A stretch of DNA of 64,000 nt from a virus. Taxonomy: Duplodnaviria > Heunggongvirae > Uroviricota > Caudoviricetes. Within the stretch, counting starts at the first letter, position 1. Each line of letters opens with the position of its first letter. Of the stretch, positions 48,920-58,499 are shown in pieces. Below the pieces are notes generated by a model. That model did not search any database, was not told the origin of the DNA, and saw only the letters and a program-made list of their open reading frames with translations. The translations under genes were made by a program, and so were the position numbers. The stretch lies in the IMG/VR virus record IMGVR_UViG_2925908680_000001, one strand, 5' to 3'.

Positions 48920-50075
48920 CTCCGCGCCGAAAGGTGCTTCCGGTATAGCGTGCGGAGCATATTAGCGGTTCAACCAGAGAGCTATCGAAATTCACCGAAA
49001 TAAGCACGTTCTGGCCCTTTTCAGGCATTCGCTCACTACAGCTTATCCAACTATCCGAAATTACCGGAGAGTTTACGGCTAACGAGCGACCCAACTCAGC
49101 GCGGGCTTGCCAGGCTAACCAGGCAGCGTTTTTTGCGCCAACACCAGCTATGGGGAGGTTCTCGTCGTTATTCCAGGCATTGAAAGCTGCACGTTCATCA
49201 AGCCCAACAGGTACTACTGCCAACTGACTGGCATATTTGTTAATGGTAACGATAAGCTCTTGCTCAGCCTCATCCAGACAATCACCGATACCTCGCCTGT
49301 CACCGTCAAAATCATCGAAATCGGCACGAATCTTGGCAACCTTCAGGATTGCGGACAACACCTCACTAAGAATTACCGGATAGTTGGTTGACGTTTCCGC
49401 GATTTCCCGAAAATTATTGGTTGATGTTTCCGCGATTTCCCGAAAGTTTCCGGCATGAAGCATAGCCGCGCGGCAGGCGTTCCAGCCACCACGAAACCCA
49501 TTAGCCCATGCATCACTTTTCGGTAATTTCTCCATTAAATCATCAGCAATTTCCCCAGGTACTACCGGCACTGGCTTGGCGGTATAAAGCGGTGTTATAT
49601 CTGCCCGAAAATTACATGCTTTATGCAGCCGCACCCACCGTTCGACTTCTGCTTTGTCAAAATACATACCAGTGAACGTGTTATATTCACGGTCAATTTG
49701 CGTGAATGTTACCTTCCACGCCACCGGCTCTGCTTCCAGCGATGCCAGCGCAATTCGTGCCAGTTCTTCCGCTTCTTCTGCTGGCAGTACAACGTTGCTA
49801 CCCGGTCCGTATGTTTCGCGCCACTGCTTGATTGTCAGCAGTCGCTCTTTGGTTATAGTGGTCATGGGTTTTCCATCCGCCATCTCTTCATCGGTTTCCC
49901 ATAAAACTCGCGCCTGCCCCTCACAGACTTGAATGACTCCGCCACGACCGCAGGAGTTGCACTTAACGGCATCGTCATCCCACAAGGCGGTTTCATTTCC
50001 GCGAGCTGTTTTGACCGTGTGTGATTTATTCCCGCAGCGGCATTTGTTGAGCCAGTCAATAGTGAAAGTTTTCAT
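48831..50075 (-). CDS. phage protein with C-terminal DUF551-like domain and internal 11-aa tandem duplication
   Basis: 414 aa; ends HWMPLPEPP; NFREIAETSTN x2. Confidence 0.45.
   Translation of the reverse strand: MKTFTIDWLNKCRCGNKSHTVKTARGNETALWDDDAVKCNSCGRGGVIQVCEGQARVLWETDEEMADGKPMTTITKERLLTIKQWRETYGPGSNVVLPAEEAEELARIALASLEAEPVAWKVTFTQIDREYNTFTGMYFDKAEVERWVRLHKACNFRADITPLYTAKPVPVVPGEIADDLMEKLPKSDAWANGFRGGWNACRAAMLHAGNFREIAETSTNNFREIAETSTNYPVILSEVLSAILKVAKIRADFDDFDGDRRGIGDCLDEAEQELIVTINKYASQLAVVPVGLDERAAFNAWNNDENLPIAGVGAKNAAWLAWQARAELGRSLAVNSPVISDSWISCSERMPEKGQNVLISVNFDSSLVEPLICSARYTGSTFRRGDATIKPGNGIEQATHWMPLPEPPQEVNRG
49385..49450. repeat. 33-bp direct tandem duplication inside coding sequence
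   Basis: ttggttga(c/t)gtttccgcgatttcccgaaa x2 read directly. Confidence 0.85.
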
Positions 50076-50341
50076 GATGCCTCTCCTTTACCCGCTGCTT
50101 TCGCCTGCTCTTTAGCAAGTCGCTCCGCTTCTCTGAAATCCCAATCCACTCGATGTGCTATATCAATTGCAGAGCGCACGGTTCGCTCAATTAGCGTATC
50201 CAGATTGTCAATTGTCATTGCCATATCTGGATTGCGAGATAAAATCTCCGCCCTCTGAATCTGCCAGTTGTTGCAGGTTTCAAGTAATGAGTTAGCCATA
50301 TCACTCTCCTTTGATGCGAATGCCAGCGGTGCGGGAATCAT
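50072..50341 (-). CDS. hypothetical protein
   Basis: 89 aa ORF. Confidence 0.35.
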   Translation of the reverse strand: MIPAPLAFASKESDMANSLLETCNNWQIQRAEILSRNPDMAMTIDNLDTLIERTVRSAIDIAHRVDWDFREAERLAKEQAKAAGKGEAS

Positions 50342-51053
50342 TCCATCGCTTTACTTCTTCACGAATTACGTCAATGCATTCTTTCGAATCCATTAGGTAA
50401 TCTTCATCAAAAAGACGTTCCTGTTCGTTTTCTATCGCAACAATGATTGCTTCAACTAACTTTTGTGCCTGAGAATCACTTTCTAACTCTGCTATGCGCT
50501 TCTCTGCGGCTTCCAGCTTCTCGCGCATATCGTCAACGTACTCGACCAGAGATCCGCCAGCAGGAATTTCGCACTCCTCGACCAGTTGGAAGTAGATATC
50601 AGCTGCGGCCCGTGTGTTGCTATGCCTTGCGTCGCCCATCTCACCTTCACGAAGAGCATCGCGTTCGGCGGTAAGATTGGCTATTTTGCTGTCTTTGCCT
50701 TCCAGCTCAACGCGCAGCCTCCCAACCGTTAGCGCAATTTCCTCGTTCTCCTGGTCGCGGCGTTTGATGTATTGCTGTTTTCTTTCCAGCTCATCCAGCA
50801 GCGCCAAGACGGTAGCCGGATTGGCTGCGGCGATGAATTCAGCATTGGCCTGCTGTTCCATTTGGAAATCTTCATCGAAACCGCTTTCTGGATGCGCTCC
50901 TTCAATTCTGCAAATTGGAAGATATCCAACAACCTCACGATGAATTAGCGCATCATCACCATCAAATCGGCCATTTCCATATTCGAGCGACCACACACCA
51001 CACGTTGCTTTCTCTGCCTTTTCACGCAGTGCCTGATAGTCAATCTTGTTCAC
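50301..51053 (-). CDS. Ead/Ea22-like protein
   Basis: 250 aa; ANAEFIAAANPATVLALLDE motif and coiled coil. Confidence 0.55.
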   Translation of the reverse strand: MNKIDYQALREKAEKATCGVWSLEYGNGRFDGDDALIHREVVGYLPICRIEGAHPESGFDEDFQMEQQANAEFIAAANPATVLALLDELERKQQYIKRRDQENEEIALTVGRLRVELEGKDSKIANLTAERDALREGEMGDARHSNTRAAADIYFQLVEECEIPAGGSLVEYVDDMREKLEAAEKRIAELESDSQAQKLVEAIIVAIENEQERLFDEDYLMDSKECIDVIREEVKRWNDSRTAGIRIKGE

Positions 51054-51643
51054 TGGTTGCCTCCTTTGCGAAGCTGGGCGGCGAACTCGTTAAGTGATAT
51101 GTAGCAATCTCCAAATGTTAACGAACCGCTCGACCGCATATGCTCCATAGCCATCTCCACGCCCTGCGCCCGTACTTCAGCCAGGAAAGCGTCGGTAGCT
51201 GGCGTTTCGCTGTGGTGCAGGGCATCATTAATAATCATCGCAGCAACTCCGGCCTGCCCTGCATCCGTGACCGACACATGCTCAAGAGTTACGGCCATTG
51301 CGTGTTTCAGCCCAGCGTTCTCTGCCACCAGCGCAGCGAGATTAGTCTCAAGCTCTGAAATTCGGCACGTGGCATCAATATTTGTGTCCTCCAAGCACTT
51401 AATTTCACCAAGCAGCTCCAGTGCAACCTTTGGGTTGAACGCGGCAACATGACGAGCGTTGTTCTCTGCATTTTTCTGTCCATCAAAGCCGGTCCATTTG
51501 ATAACGTCTTCACATCGTTCATCACCGGGCGTGCGCACCGCATAAGTACCAGTATCCGTCGAAATAAATGCGACCCATTCGTCTGGTGTTGCCTTTTCTG
51601 CCGCCTCACGCAGTACCTGATAGTCAATTGTCATTCTCGCCAT
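51050..51643 (-). CDS. Ead/Ea22-like protein
   Basis: 197 aa; HVAAFNPKVALELL motif; C-terminus shared with 55095..55757. Confidence 0.55.
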   Translation of the reverse strand: MARMTIDYQVLREAAEKATPDEWVAFISTDTGTYAVRTPGDERCEDVIKWTGFDGQKNAENNARHVAAFNPKVALELLGEIKCLEDTNIDATCRISELETNLAALVAENAGLKHAMAVTLEHVSVTDAGQAGVAAMIINDALHHSETPATDAFLAEVRAQGVEMAMEHMRSSGSLTFGDCYISLNEFAAQLRKGGNQ

Positions 51644-52275
51644 CCTTCACAGTTGTAATCACTACAGCCTTCAAAATCATATGGGCTGTACTGCCAGGTG
51701 ATTTTTCCGCAATGCGGACAATTCCAGCGCACCTTCCCGCTTCGTGACTTCTTTCTTCTGTTTTGCTTTTTCAACCAGTCAGGCATGATCAAACCTGCGC
51801 CCTGAACCATTGTTCTGCGGTTAAAATTATTGATATTGAACGTCCGCCGCTTTGCTGCATCGGCAATGGAAAATGGCAACCAAACTATTCCTGGTTCGTT
51901 TTTGTTGGCGACGCTAAAGATGGTTGCTTTACTGAAGTCATCGGTTGGCAATCCACCGTGTTGAAGCCAGTAAACATCGTTGCCATTCCAGCAACCTTTT
52001 TTGTAGGCCACATACGCAGTGCAATCTGACTCAATCAGGCTTTCTGTAGGGATGTACTGGCAATCAACGTGCCACACTGCCATTGCATCCACGCTATCAG
52101 CGCAAACAGGCTGATCGATATCTCGACCACAATTCCAGGCTTTTTGGGCTTCTTCCAGCGTGTAAACATGAGCGCGATCGATATCAGAGCTGTAACCATT
52201 GCCGTTATGGCAATGGAATGAGGCGTTATTACCCACAGTTTCACGCAAGCACATCATGTAAAAGCGGTTATTCAC
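51631..52275 (-). CDS. hypothetical Cys-rich protein
   Basis: 214 aa, C-terminal CPHCG...C..YNCEGW. Confidence 0.35.
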   Translation of the reverse strand: MNNRFYMMCLRETVGNNASFHCHNGNGYSSDIDRAHVYTLEEAQKAWNCGRDIDQPVCADSVDAMAVWHVDCQYIPTESLIESDCTAYVAYKKGCWNGNDVYWLQHGGLPTDDFSKATIFSVANKNEPGIVWLPFSIADAAKRRTFNINNFNRRTMVQGAGLIMPDWLKKQNRRKKSRSGKVRWNCPHCGKITWQYSPYDFEGCSDYNCEGWRE

Positions 52276-52561
52276 TGGTTGCCTCCGCTTCCCACGTTTT
52301 CAGACTTTCACCACAGAACGGGCAAAATGAAACTCGAATCGGCGATTTAGAAAATTCACCAGACCGCAGCATGATCAGGTCCTGTGAATGAATTAATTCA
52401 TGGTTATAGATTTTGTATTTCAGCAGACCTTTCCGCGTCGTGTATTCAGCATCCTGCTCCAGGGATTGTGCCAACGCCGCGCACGGTTCTATTTTTTTGT
52501 CATTAATCAAACAAGTGGAGATTCTGCACTTTGCAGCTCCGTCACCATTACCTTGACTCAT
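52268..52561 (-). CDS. small zinc-ribbon-like protein
   Basis: 97 aa; C..C ... CPFCG. Confidence 0.35.
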   Translation of the reverse strand: MSQGNGDGAAKCRISTCLINDKKIEPCAALAQSLEQDAEYTTRKGLLKYKIYNHELIHSQDLIMLRSGEFSKSPIRVSFCPFCGESLKTWEAEATSE

Positions 52562-52574
52562 TGCATTGTTCCCA

Positions 52575-53570
52575 TCAGTTATTGAACGTGATCACTCCGC
52601 GCTCGATGGCGAAGTCGAAAAGCTGGTTGGCGGCTACGTAAAGGCGTATGCCATGTGCTTTTTCCCATGCCCGGACATCGTTTTCTGCGCTTCTGGCGCA
52701 TTCATCGCAAAGAGGAACGGCCCAGCGATCGTGTTCGTTTAACGAGCGGGCGCGGTACATGAACGGGTGGTTAACTTTGCCACCGCATCCGATGCACGGA
52801 CGAGAAACCACAAACCGGAGATAAGCCGGGCTTTTACCGAGGACCGCTTTTGGTCGGCGCATATACAGCAGGCCAGAATCCTCATCTACAGACAGGTTGA
52901 CGATCTGCTCTGCGGTTATGTCCACCAGCTCGCGCGTACTGCGCTCCCAGGTGATATCTGATTCTTTCAGCGTACCGGTAGGGATGTCAGTTTTTGGCTG
53001 ACAAAATGCAATGCGACCAGCTTCATCAGGCAGTTCGTCTTTAAGATTCCGGCGAATGGCCCAAAAGGTGAGTTCAACCATGCTCAGATCGCGATCTGGC
53101 GGAAGTTTTAACTCGCTGGCAGCCCAGTTCATAATCCAGTTGGCGCGATTCAGTGACAGTTGGTCTTCCAGCTTGCCGTATCCCTTCATCATGTATTCCG
53201 CATCATGCTTCCAGCACAGGCGAACGGCAGAACCGTTATAGAAGTGAGTGGTTAGCTGGTGGCTACAATCGCGCTTATCATGCGCCTGGCAATCGTGAAT
53301 GTTGGTGCTAACCCAGTGAACGATAGAATCCTCGCCACCTAACGCATTAAATACGCGCTCACTTTGAAAAAAGGGTGTCAGTGACTGGTTGGCAACCAGG
53401 GAATAATTCAGGTCCACGACGCCATCAGGGGTGTTTTCAGCCTGTTCGCGCGGCAATGGGGAGATAAGAAAACGGCGACCGGCGCCGATGTAATTGCTGG
53501 TGGGCTTATCTACAGGAAAGACAGCCACACCAGTTTCATTTACGACATATGGGGTGATTATTGCACTCAT
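52575..53570 (-). CDS. hypothetical protein (DUF968-like, C-terminal Cys cluster)
   Basis: 331 aa; CIGCGG...CDEC pattern. Confidence 0.4.
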   Translation of the reverse strand: MSAIITPYVVNETGVAVFPVDKPTSNYIGAGRRFLISPLPREQAENTPDGVVDLNYSLVANQSLTPFFQSERVFNALGGEDSIVHWVSTNIHDCQAHDKRDCSHQLTTHFYNGSAVRLCWKHDAEYMMKGYGKLEDQLSLNRANWIMNWAASELKLPPDRDLSMVELTFWAIRRNLKDELPDEAGRIAFCQPKTDIPTGTLKESDITWERSTRELVDITAEQIVNLSVDEDSGLLYMRRPKAVLGKSPAYLRFVVSRPCIGCGGKVNHPFMYRARSLNEHDRWAVPLCDECARSAENDVRAWEKAHGIRLYVAANQLFDFAIERGVITFNN

Positions 53571-53612
53571 AATGCATACCGACTCTGTTTTGTTCCGAGC
53601 GGTAAAATAATA

Positions 53613-53621
53613 TGTTAGAAA
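53613..53621 (+). promoter_or_regulatory. operator-like TGTTAGAAA with inverted partner TCTAACA at 53636-53642
   Basis: Dispersed motif family; inside leftward operon gap. Confidence 0.55.
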
Positions 53622-53674
53622 ATTAAAATCAACAATCTAACACGATTTTGAGCGCGTAAACGATGTAACCCGGC

Positions 53675-54358
53675 TTACGGTTGCCCTCCCTTCACCTGCA
53701 TTAGCGTCAGGTTTCCGCAAAATACAGCACCAGTATCGATATAATGCTGGTTCCAGAATGCTTTTGGGCTTTTAGCCGGGGTGTGTCCGAAGATAAAGCG
53801 ATCTGCACCTGTAATTTCTTCACCGATGCCATCTATCGAATCACTAACACGGTCGCGCGACCAGATGACATTGAAAAGCGGCACAGCCTTACCGAACTGA
53901 TACTCTCTATCCGGATAGTCAGCATGAGCAATGACAATAGTCTCCTGCCCGGTGTTCAGCTCAATGATATGAGGCAATTGCCTTACCAGCTCCACCAGCG
54001 CCCTGGCTAAAACTTCCTTATCACTATCCAGCATAAAGAACCACTGGCCGCCATTCATTAGCCAGTTATTCACGTTTCCAGCTGGGCTTAACGCATCGAT
54101 CATCAACCGCTCATGGTTACCCATGACAGCCCGGAACCAGGGCATCTGCAATAACTCCAGGCATTCGACATTTTCAGTACCGCGATCGATAAGGTCGCCG
54201 ACTGATATCAGTAAATCCTGCGCCGGGTCAAAATCCACACGATGGAGTTCATTCATAAGCAGGGTGTAGCAACCGTGCAAATCACCAACAACCCATATGT
54301 TTCTGTATCCTGAACCATCAATACGGCTATATAACGCCTGGTCGTTAACGGTGATCAT
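53675..54358 (-). CDS. Ser/Thr protein phosphatase (lambda PPase-like metallophosphatase)
   Basis: GDLHG, GDLIDRG, GNHE motifs. Confidence 0.85.
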   Translation of the reverse strand: MITVNDQALYSRIDGSGYRNIWVVGDLHGCYTLLMNELHRVDFDPAQDLLISVGDLIDRGTENVECLELLQMPWFRAVMGNHERLMIDALSPAGNVNNWLMNGGQWFFMLDSDKEVLARALVELVRQLPHIIELNTGQETIVIAHADYPDREYQFGKAVPLFNVIWSRDRVSDSIDGIGEEITGADRFIFGHTPAKSPKAFWNQHYIDTGAVFCGNLTLMQVKGGQP

Positions 54359-54582
54359 TCTGCAACATCCTCCAAATCAGCAACCGCGTCCATCACATCA
54401 GAACCTCGAATAACTTCAAAAGCGCGGCAGGCCATTTGAAATACCTGTTGTTCTTGCGGGTGCGGAGACTCCCAATATTTGAAGCCTGGGCGATGCGTGT
54501 ACCCCATCATGGAATAAAAATCGCCAGCAAGTTCAATCGCGGCATCAACAAGTTCGCGATTAGTCATTCGCTTTGCTGCCAT
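54355..54582 (-). CDS. hypothetical protein
   Basis: 75 aa, ATGA overlap. Confidence 0.35.
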   Translation of the reverse strand: MAAKRMTNRELVDAAIELAGDFYSMMGYTHRPGFKYWESPHPQEQQVFQMACRAFEVIRGSDVMDAVADLEDVAE

Positions 54583-54853
54583 TTGCTTTCTCCTGTCGGA
54601 ACATCACGATCATCAGGTCACCTTTTGTCGCTATCCTGGCTGTTGTGCCAGGCTCAATGCGGCTAAGTTCAAATGCGTCATAGAACGCCTCTAACGCTTT
54701 CTGGCGTATCTCCTGTTTGCGGCGCTTTCCCCACTGCTTTAGAAAAACAGAGGCCGCCCACTTCCCCGCACTGAACATGATGTAAAACCAACCGAGCAGG
54801 GCCAAACCTGTGTTGAGGGCCGTATCGATCGTTATCGTGGTGTCGATATTCAC
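54560..54853 (-). CDS. small membrane protein
   Basis: 97 aa with TM helix. Confidence 0.35.
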   Translation of the reverse strand: MNIDTTITIDTALNTGLALLGWFYIMFSAGKWAASVFLKQWGKRRKQEIRQKALEAFYDAFELSRIEPGTTARIATKGDLMIVMFRQEKANGSKAND

Positions 54854-55098
54854 TGTGGTGGCTCCTGCTTTTCTGCCTTCAATACCATGCGCGAACCATC
54901 ATCCAGCTCCCAATTAATTTCACCGCCTTCTTCCATGACCAGATGCCAGACGAGTTGAGCGGCCTCGTTGGTTACATCACGACCGCGATCATTGCCAACA
55001 CGACGTTTTGTTCCATCCCCTAAGTCACGCATTTTTGCCAACACGATGGTTTTTGATAGCGGTGAAAAACCAAGCTGTAGTCGTGCTGAATTGCTCAC
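54850..55098 (-). CDS. hypothetical protein
   Basis: 82 aa ORF. Confidence 0.35.
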   Translation of the reverse strand: MSNSARLQLGFSPLSKTIVLAKMRDLGDGTKRRVGNDRGRDVTNEAAQLVWHLVMEEGGEINWELDDGSRMVLKAEKQEPPQ

Positions 55099-55757
55099 TG
55101 TTTCCCTCCCTTGCGAAGCTCTGCGGCAAAGTCAGTGGCATGTTCACCGAGTAGCTTCCAGTTATCGCGTATATCAGATGCAAATGACTGTTCAGATTTT
55201 GAGTTACATTTCTGTGCAAACATCTCCAATCCCTGCGCCCGGACTTCAGCCAGGAAAGCGTCGGTGGTTGGAGTCCCTTCAACCTTCAGCCCTATAGGGG
55301 CCAGGTAATACTTCAGCCCCGCATTCTCCGCCGCCAGCGACGCGCAATTACCCTCCAGCTCTGCAATGCGCTGTTTTGCAGCATCAAGTTCAATCGATAA
55401 TTTTTCCAACTGCTCTTTATGCTTCTTGTATTCCTGATATGCGTGCCAGGACTGACCTTTGCGCACACTATCAGTAATATCAGTAATCTGTTCTGGTGTT
55501 AGCGTGGTTAGTGGCTGTGCTGGGAAAATCAGCACTTTCCCGGAATCCCAATCAAAACCAGCGTGAATTGACTGAACCTCAACTGAGGGTGTTGAACCAA
55601 TGCTGCCAGGCGAATGAACAACGATCGTTACATCCATATCGCGACGATGGCTGTGGTTGTTGGACAAAATACGATTCACCAACTCAGAAAATTTGGAAAA
55701 TTTCATGCTGATTCCCTTTGCTCTTCCTGGATAATATTGTTGCAATCTTTCACGCAC
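55095..55757 (-). CDS. Ea22-like coiled-coil protein
   Basis: C-terminal [14 protein letters not shown] shared with 51050..51643. Confidence 0.5.
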   Translation of the reverse strand: MRERLQQYYPGRAKGISMKFSKFSELVNRILSNNHSHRRDMDVTIVVHSPGSIGSTPSVEVQSIHAGFDWDSGKVLIFPAQPLTTLTPEQITDITDSVRKGQSWHAYQEYKKHKEQLEKLSIELDAAKQRIAELEGNCASLAAENAGLKYYLAPIGLKVEGTPTTDAFLAEVRAQGLEMFAQKCNSKSEQSFASDIRDNWKLLGEHATDFAAELRKGGKQ

Positions 55758-56065
55758 TCGTTGCAGATGAAAACGTTGTCCCCGGCAATTAACTTTTTAA
55801 CGGTGTGCTGGGATTTGTTGCAGAAGCTGCAATAAAGCGTTGGACTGGCTGATACGGATTGTGCGCCAGATGTCAGCCGCGCGATGTCGTTCTTGCGACG
55901 CAATATCACACGGCTGCACTCGACCAGCATCTCCGGGGATATCTTCTCCTCCGTAGCGAGCGTTTCTAATCGTTCGAGTATGTGGAAGGCTTTTTCCTGG
56001 GTAATCCTGGGTAATTCAGCGTTACGCTCTGCCAGTTGTGCGGGCGTTAAACCTTCAGACTTCAT
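55703..56065 (-). CDS. protein with ClpX-type C4 zinc-binding domain
   Basis: [32 protein letters not shown] closely resembles ClpX N-terminal ZBD. Confidence 0.55.
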   Translation of the reverse strand: MKSEGLTPAQLAERNAELPRITQEKAFHILERLETLATEEKISPEMLVECSRVILRRKNDIARLTSGAQSVSASPTLYCSFCNKSQHTVKKLIAGDNVFICNECVKDCNNIIQEEQRESA

Positions 56066-56372
56066 ACACTCTCCTTTCGAAATAAACGTACTGATTAATC
56101 ATGCCCAGGGGCATTTCGAGTTTTTCCGCGATCTCACGGCGGGGAACACCACACTGATGAAGCTGCCGTGCCAGTTCTATATCGCTCTGCCGGTATTTGG
56201 CTGACGGATGAAAGTCTCCTTTCAGAATCATGCTGATCCCCAGCTCCCGCGCTTTAGTCCTGACGGCATCACCGGTACGACCGATCAGCTTCCCAATACT
56301 CTCTACCGTCATAGTTCCGGCGCACTGGCGGAGTATCATGATTTCTGCCCTTCCCCATCCCCGCCAGCTCAC
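56055..56372 (-). CDS. small HTH-like protein
   Basis: 105 aa; two helix-turn-helix-like segments. Confidence 0.35.
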   Translation of the reverse strand: MSWRGWGRAEIMILRQCAGTMTVESIGKLIGRTGDAVRTKARELGISMILKGDFHPSAKYRQSDIELARQLHQCGVPRREIAEKLEMPLGMINQYVYFERRVYEV

Positions 56373-56992
56373 GCCGACATCCTCTGAGACATAAACTCCA
56401 CAAAACGAACTGCATCTTCAGAAACAACGCCGCATGACTTCAGATAATTCATTGCGTCATCAGGTAGCGGATTAGTTGGTTCGGCATTTGCCAGGGATTG
56501 AGATAAACGCGTGATTAATTTGACCATTCTCCGCTGCCGGAGGTTGTATCCTTCAGCTAAAGACAGGTAACTGGAAAGGGTATTGCTTAAGCGGGCGCGA
56601 AGCTGATCCGTGCCGTGACATTCAATAGCAACATCACGTAACGCATCGACCAGTTCACGGTAAAGATGCGCTGCCATTCTGCAATCTGTGTCAGATGGTG
56701 CTTCATAAATTACCGTCAACCCCAGTTTTTCAGCCAGAGCGTGTTCTGCACGTGCTCCTGCGGACACATCCCATCCCTTAAGCAGATAGATCGCATCAGC
56801 AGAACGCACCATTGCCAGGCAAATATCCATGTATTCACTCTGACAAAGGCCACCAGGTAACACAGCTGGATTCAGAACGATATGCCCTTCAGCCATCAGC
56901 TCGCTCGCTTTCGCATTAAACGCCGCACGGTTGTAATCTGGATAACCAGTCATCGGCCCCGCGATGTAAATTTTCAAAACACGTTTCACCAT
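56369..56992 (-). CDS. DUF4406 / nucleoside 2-deoxyribosyltransferase-like domain protein
   Basis: IYIAGPMTG...W..S.GA..E N-terminal pattern; start at M10 coupled (TGATG) to upstream small ORF. Confidence 0.45.
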   Translation of the reverse strand: MVKRVLKIYIAGPMTGYPDYNRAAFNAKASELMAEGHIVLNPAVLPGGLCQSEYMDICLAMVRSADAIYLLKGWDVSAGARAEHALAEKLGLTVIYEAPSDTDCRMAAHLYRELVDALRDVAIECHGTDQLRARLSNTLSSYLSLAEGYNLRQRRMVKLITRLSQSLANAEPTNPLPDDAMNYLKSCGVVSEDAVRFVEFMSQRMSA

Positions 56993-57148
56993 CAAAATTT
57001 CCCCAAAATCGTGACGCAAAACATAAGCACTGCGAAAAGCTCAATACCAAGCTCAAGTAGCGCCAACGCCCCGAAAAACAACACATAGAACAGGCCAATC
57101 TCATTCACAGATGGCTGGTGGATCGCACTTAAAGCTATAAGCATCATG
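56992..57148 (-). CDS. 51-aa hydrophobic peptide, first gene of leftward operon
   Basis: GGAGGA SD before ATGATG; MMLIALSAIHQPSVNEIGLFYVLFFGALALLELGIELFAVLMFCVTILGKF; below ORF-track size cutoff. Confidence 0.4.
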
Positions 57149-57186
57149 TCCTCCAAACAGTTATCAGGAATGATATTAATGTTTTG

Positions 57187-57195
57187 TGTTAGAAA
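57187..57195 (+). promoter_or_regulatory. operator-like TGTTAGAAA in divergent promoter region
   Basis: Between leftward operon start and ref-like gene. Confidence 0.55.
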
Positions 57196-57264
57196 ATCAA
57201 TTTTGAATATCTAATCATTTTGATCAATCATAGAAAAATCGCTGAAAAGTAAGAGGCAGCCATC

Positions 57265-57843
57265 ATGCAGAAACAGAGCTATTGGGAGAAACAGAGACAA
57301 AAAGCCATGCAAAAATTGGCTGACCCAGCCTGGCGAGAGGAACAAAGGGCAAAGCGCCTTCAACAAGCTCAACGCCAGCAGCAGCGAGCGAGAGAAAAAG
57401 CCGCATCGCCTGAATATCGGCAAAAGAAAATTGAAAAAGCAAAGCAATATGAACAGCGGAGAAAAGATAAAGCTGTATCCGCTCCGTCCAAAAAAACACG
57501 CACGTCACGCGGCCTGAAAGGCAGATCACTCACAGCCGATGAACGCCGGATACAGACCGCTATCGGTGCTCTCCCCTGCATTGCCTGCCATATTCACGGG
57601 CAACATAGCCCAGTGGTATCCCTGCACCATATCTTCGGGAGAACGGCAGAGAACGCACATAGATATGTCCTCCCTTTGTGTAAATGGCACCACCAGTACG
57701 CAGCGCCAGCCGAGGTCCGAGAACAATATCCCTGGCTGGTCCCTGTTCATGCTGACGGAAAAATAGGCGGAAAAGCAGATTTCATGCGGCACAATGCCGA
57801 TGAAATGACGTTGTATCAGATGGCGATTGAATTGATAAATTAG
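57265..57843 (+). CDS. Ref-like HNH endonuclease (recombination enhancement function family)
   Basis: 192 aa; Lys/Arg/Gln-rich N-terminal 90 aa then CIACHIHGQH...HHIFG...LCKWHH HNH core. Confidence 0.6.
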   Translation: MQKQSYWEKQRQKAMQKLADPAWREEQRAKRLQQAQRQQQRAREKAASPEYRQKKIEKAKQYEQRRKDKAVSAPSKKTRTSRGLKGRSLTADERRIQTAIGALPCIACHIHGQHSPVVSLHHIFGRTAENAHRYVLPLCKWHHQYAAPAEVREQYPWLVPVHADGKIGGKADFMRHNADEMTLYQMAIELIN

Positions 57844-57845
57844 TT

Positions 57846-57854
57846 TTCTAACAT
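57846..57854 (-). promoter_or_regulatory. operator-like TGTTAGAAA (minus orientation)
   Basis: Dispersed motif family. Confidence 0.5.
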
Positions 57855-58173
57855 TTTAAGTTGAATTGTAAATTTCTCCGATGTACATTCACTACCGATT
57901 GGCACACCGGTCAACTTTTTGAGACAAACTGTTTAGTTTTTCGTATTATTGCCGCCGCTATACCTATGGCGGTGCAATATAGGTGGCTGAAAAGCCCCCG
58001 TTGACTCACGGTGTTCCAGCCTTTATTGCGCCGCCACCAGACCGTGGAACAGTCGATGGCGGCTCCGAAAGCAAGGAGTCACCACACTATGAACAGCTAC
58101 TGTCTTTTCCCATCACTCGTTGTCCGCCACTCACGCGATAATCTGCATTCTTTACTCGCGCTGGGGGTGTCAA

Positions 58174-58341
58174 AATGACCGTTCGCTACCTCAACTTTCA
58201 AATCCAGAACATCACTGGCGGTTGCTATGACTGGTTTGTCACTCTCGGAAAAGAAGTGATCACCGGGAAGCTGGATGAAGTGAAAGCTAAAGCAATGGCC
58301 TACGCCTGCAAGCAAGCCCGGAAGAAATCCGCCAAAGCATA
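58174..58341 (+). CDS. 55-aa small ORF
   Basis: SD-like GGGGGTG before ATG; ends before terminator; below size cutoff. Confidence 0.25.
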
Positions 58342-58446
58342 AAATACTGACTGTTGCGCCCTGGCATTATCGTGGGGTATATTTCTACGGCACCTTAGAA
58401 AAACGGGTGCCGGGATTGGAACCCCGGATAATGCAAAAGGCGACAC

Positions 58447-58470
58447 AGACGCCGAAAGCGTCTTTTTTTG
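58447..58470 (+). terminator. rho-independent terminator agacgc-cgaaa-gcgtct + TTTTTTT
   Basis: Classic. Confidence 0.85.
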
Positions 58471-58499
58471 TGTCATGCCATCGCACAGCCATACGTAGC

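Noticed and set aside
17468-57860. P1 C1 operator consensus (ATTGCTCTAATAAATTT as I recall it)
   Set aside because: Not seen by eye at any of the candidate sites; they carry the distinct TGTTAGAAA motif instead, so P1 operator coordinates cannot be transferred.
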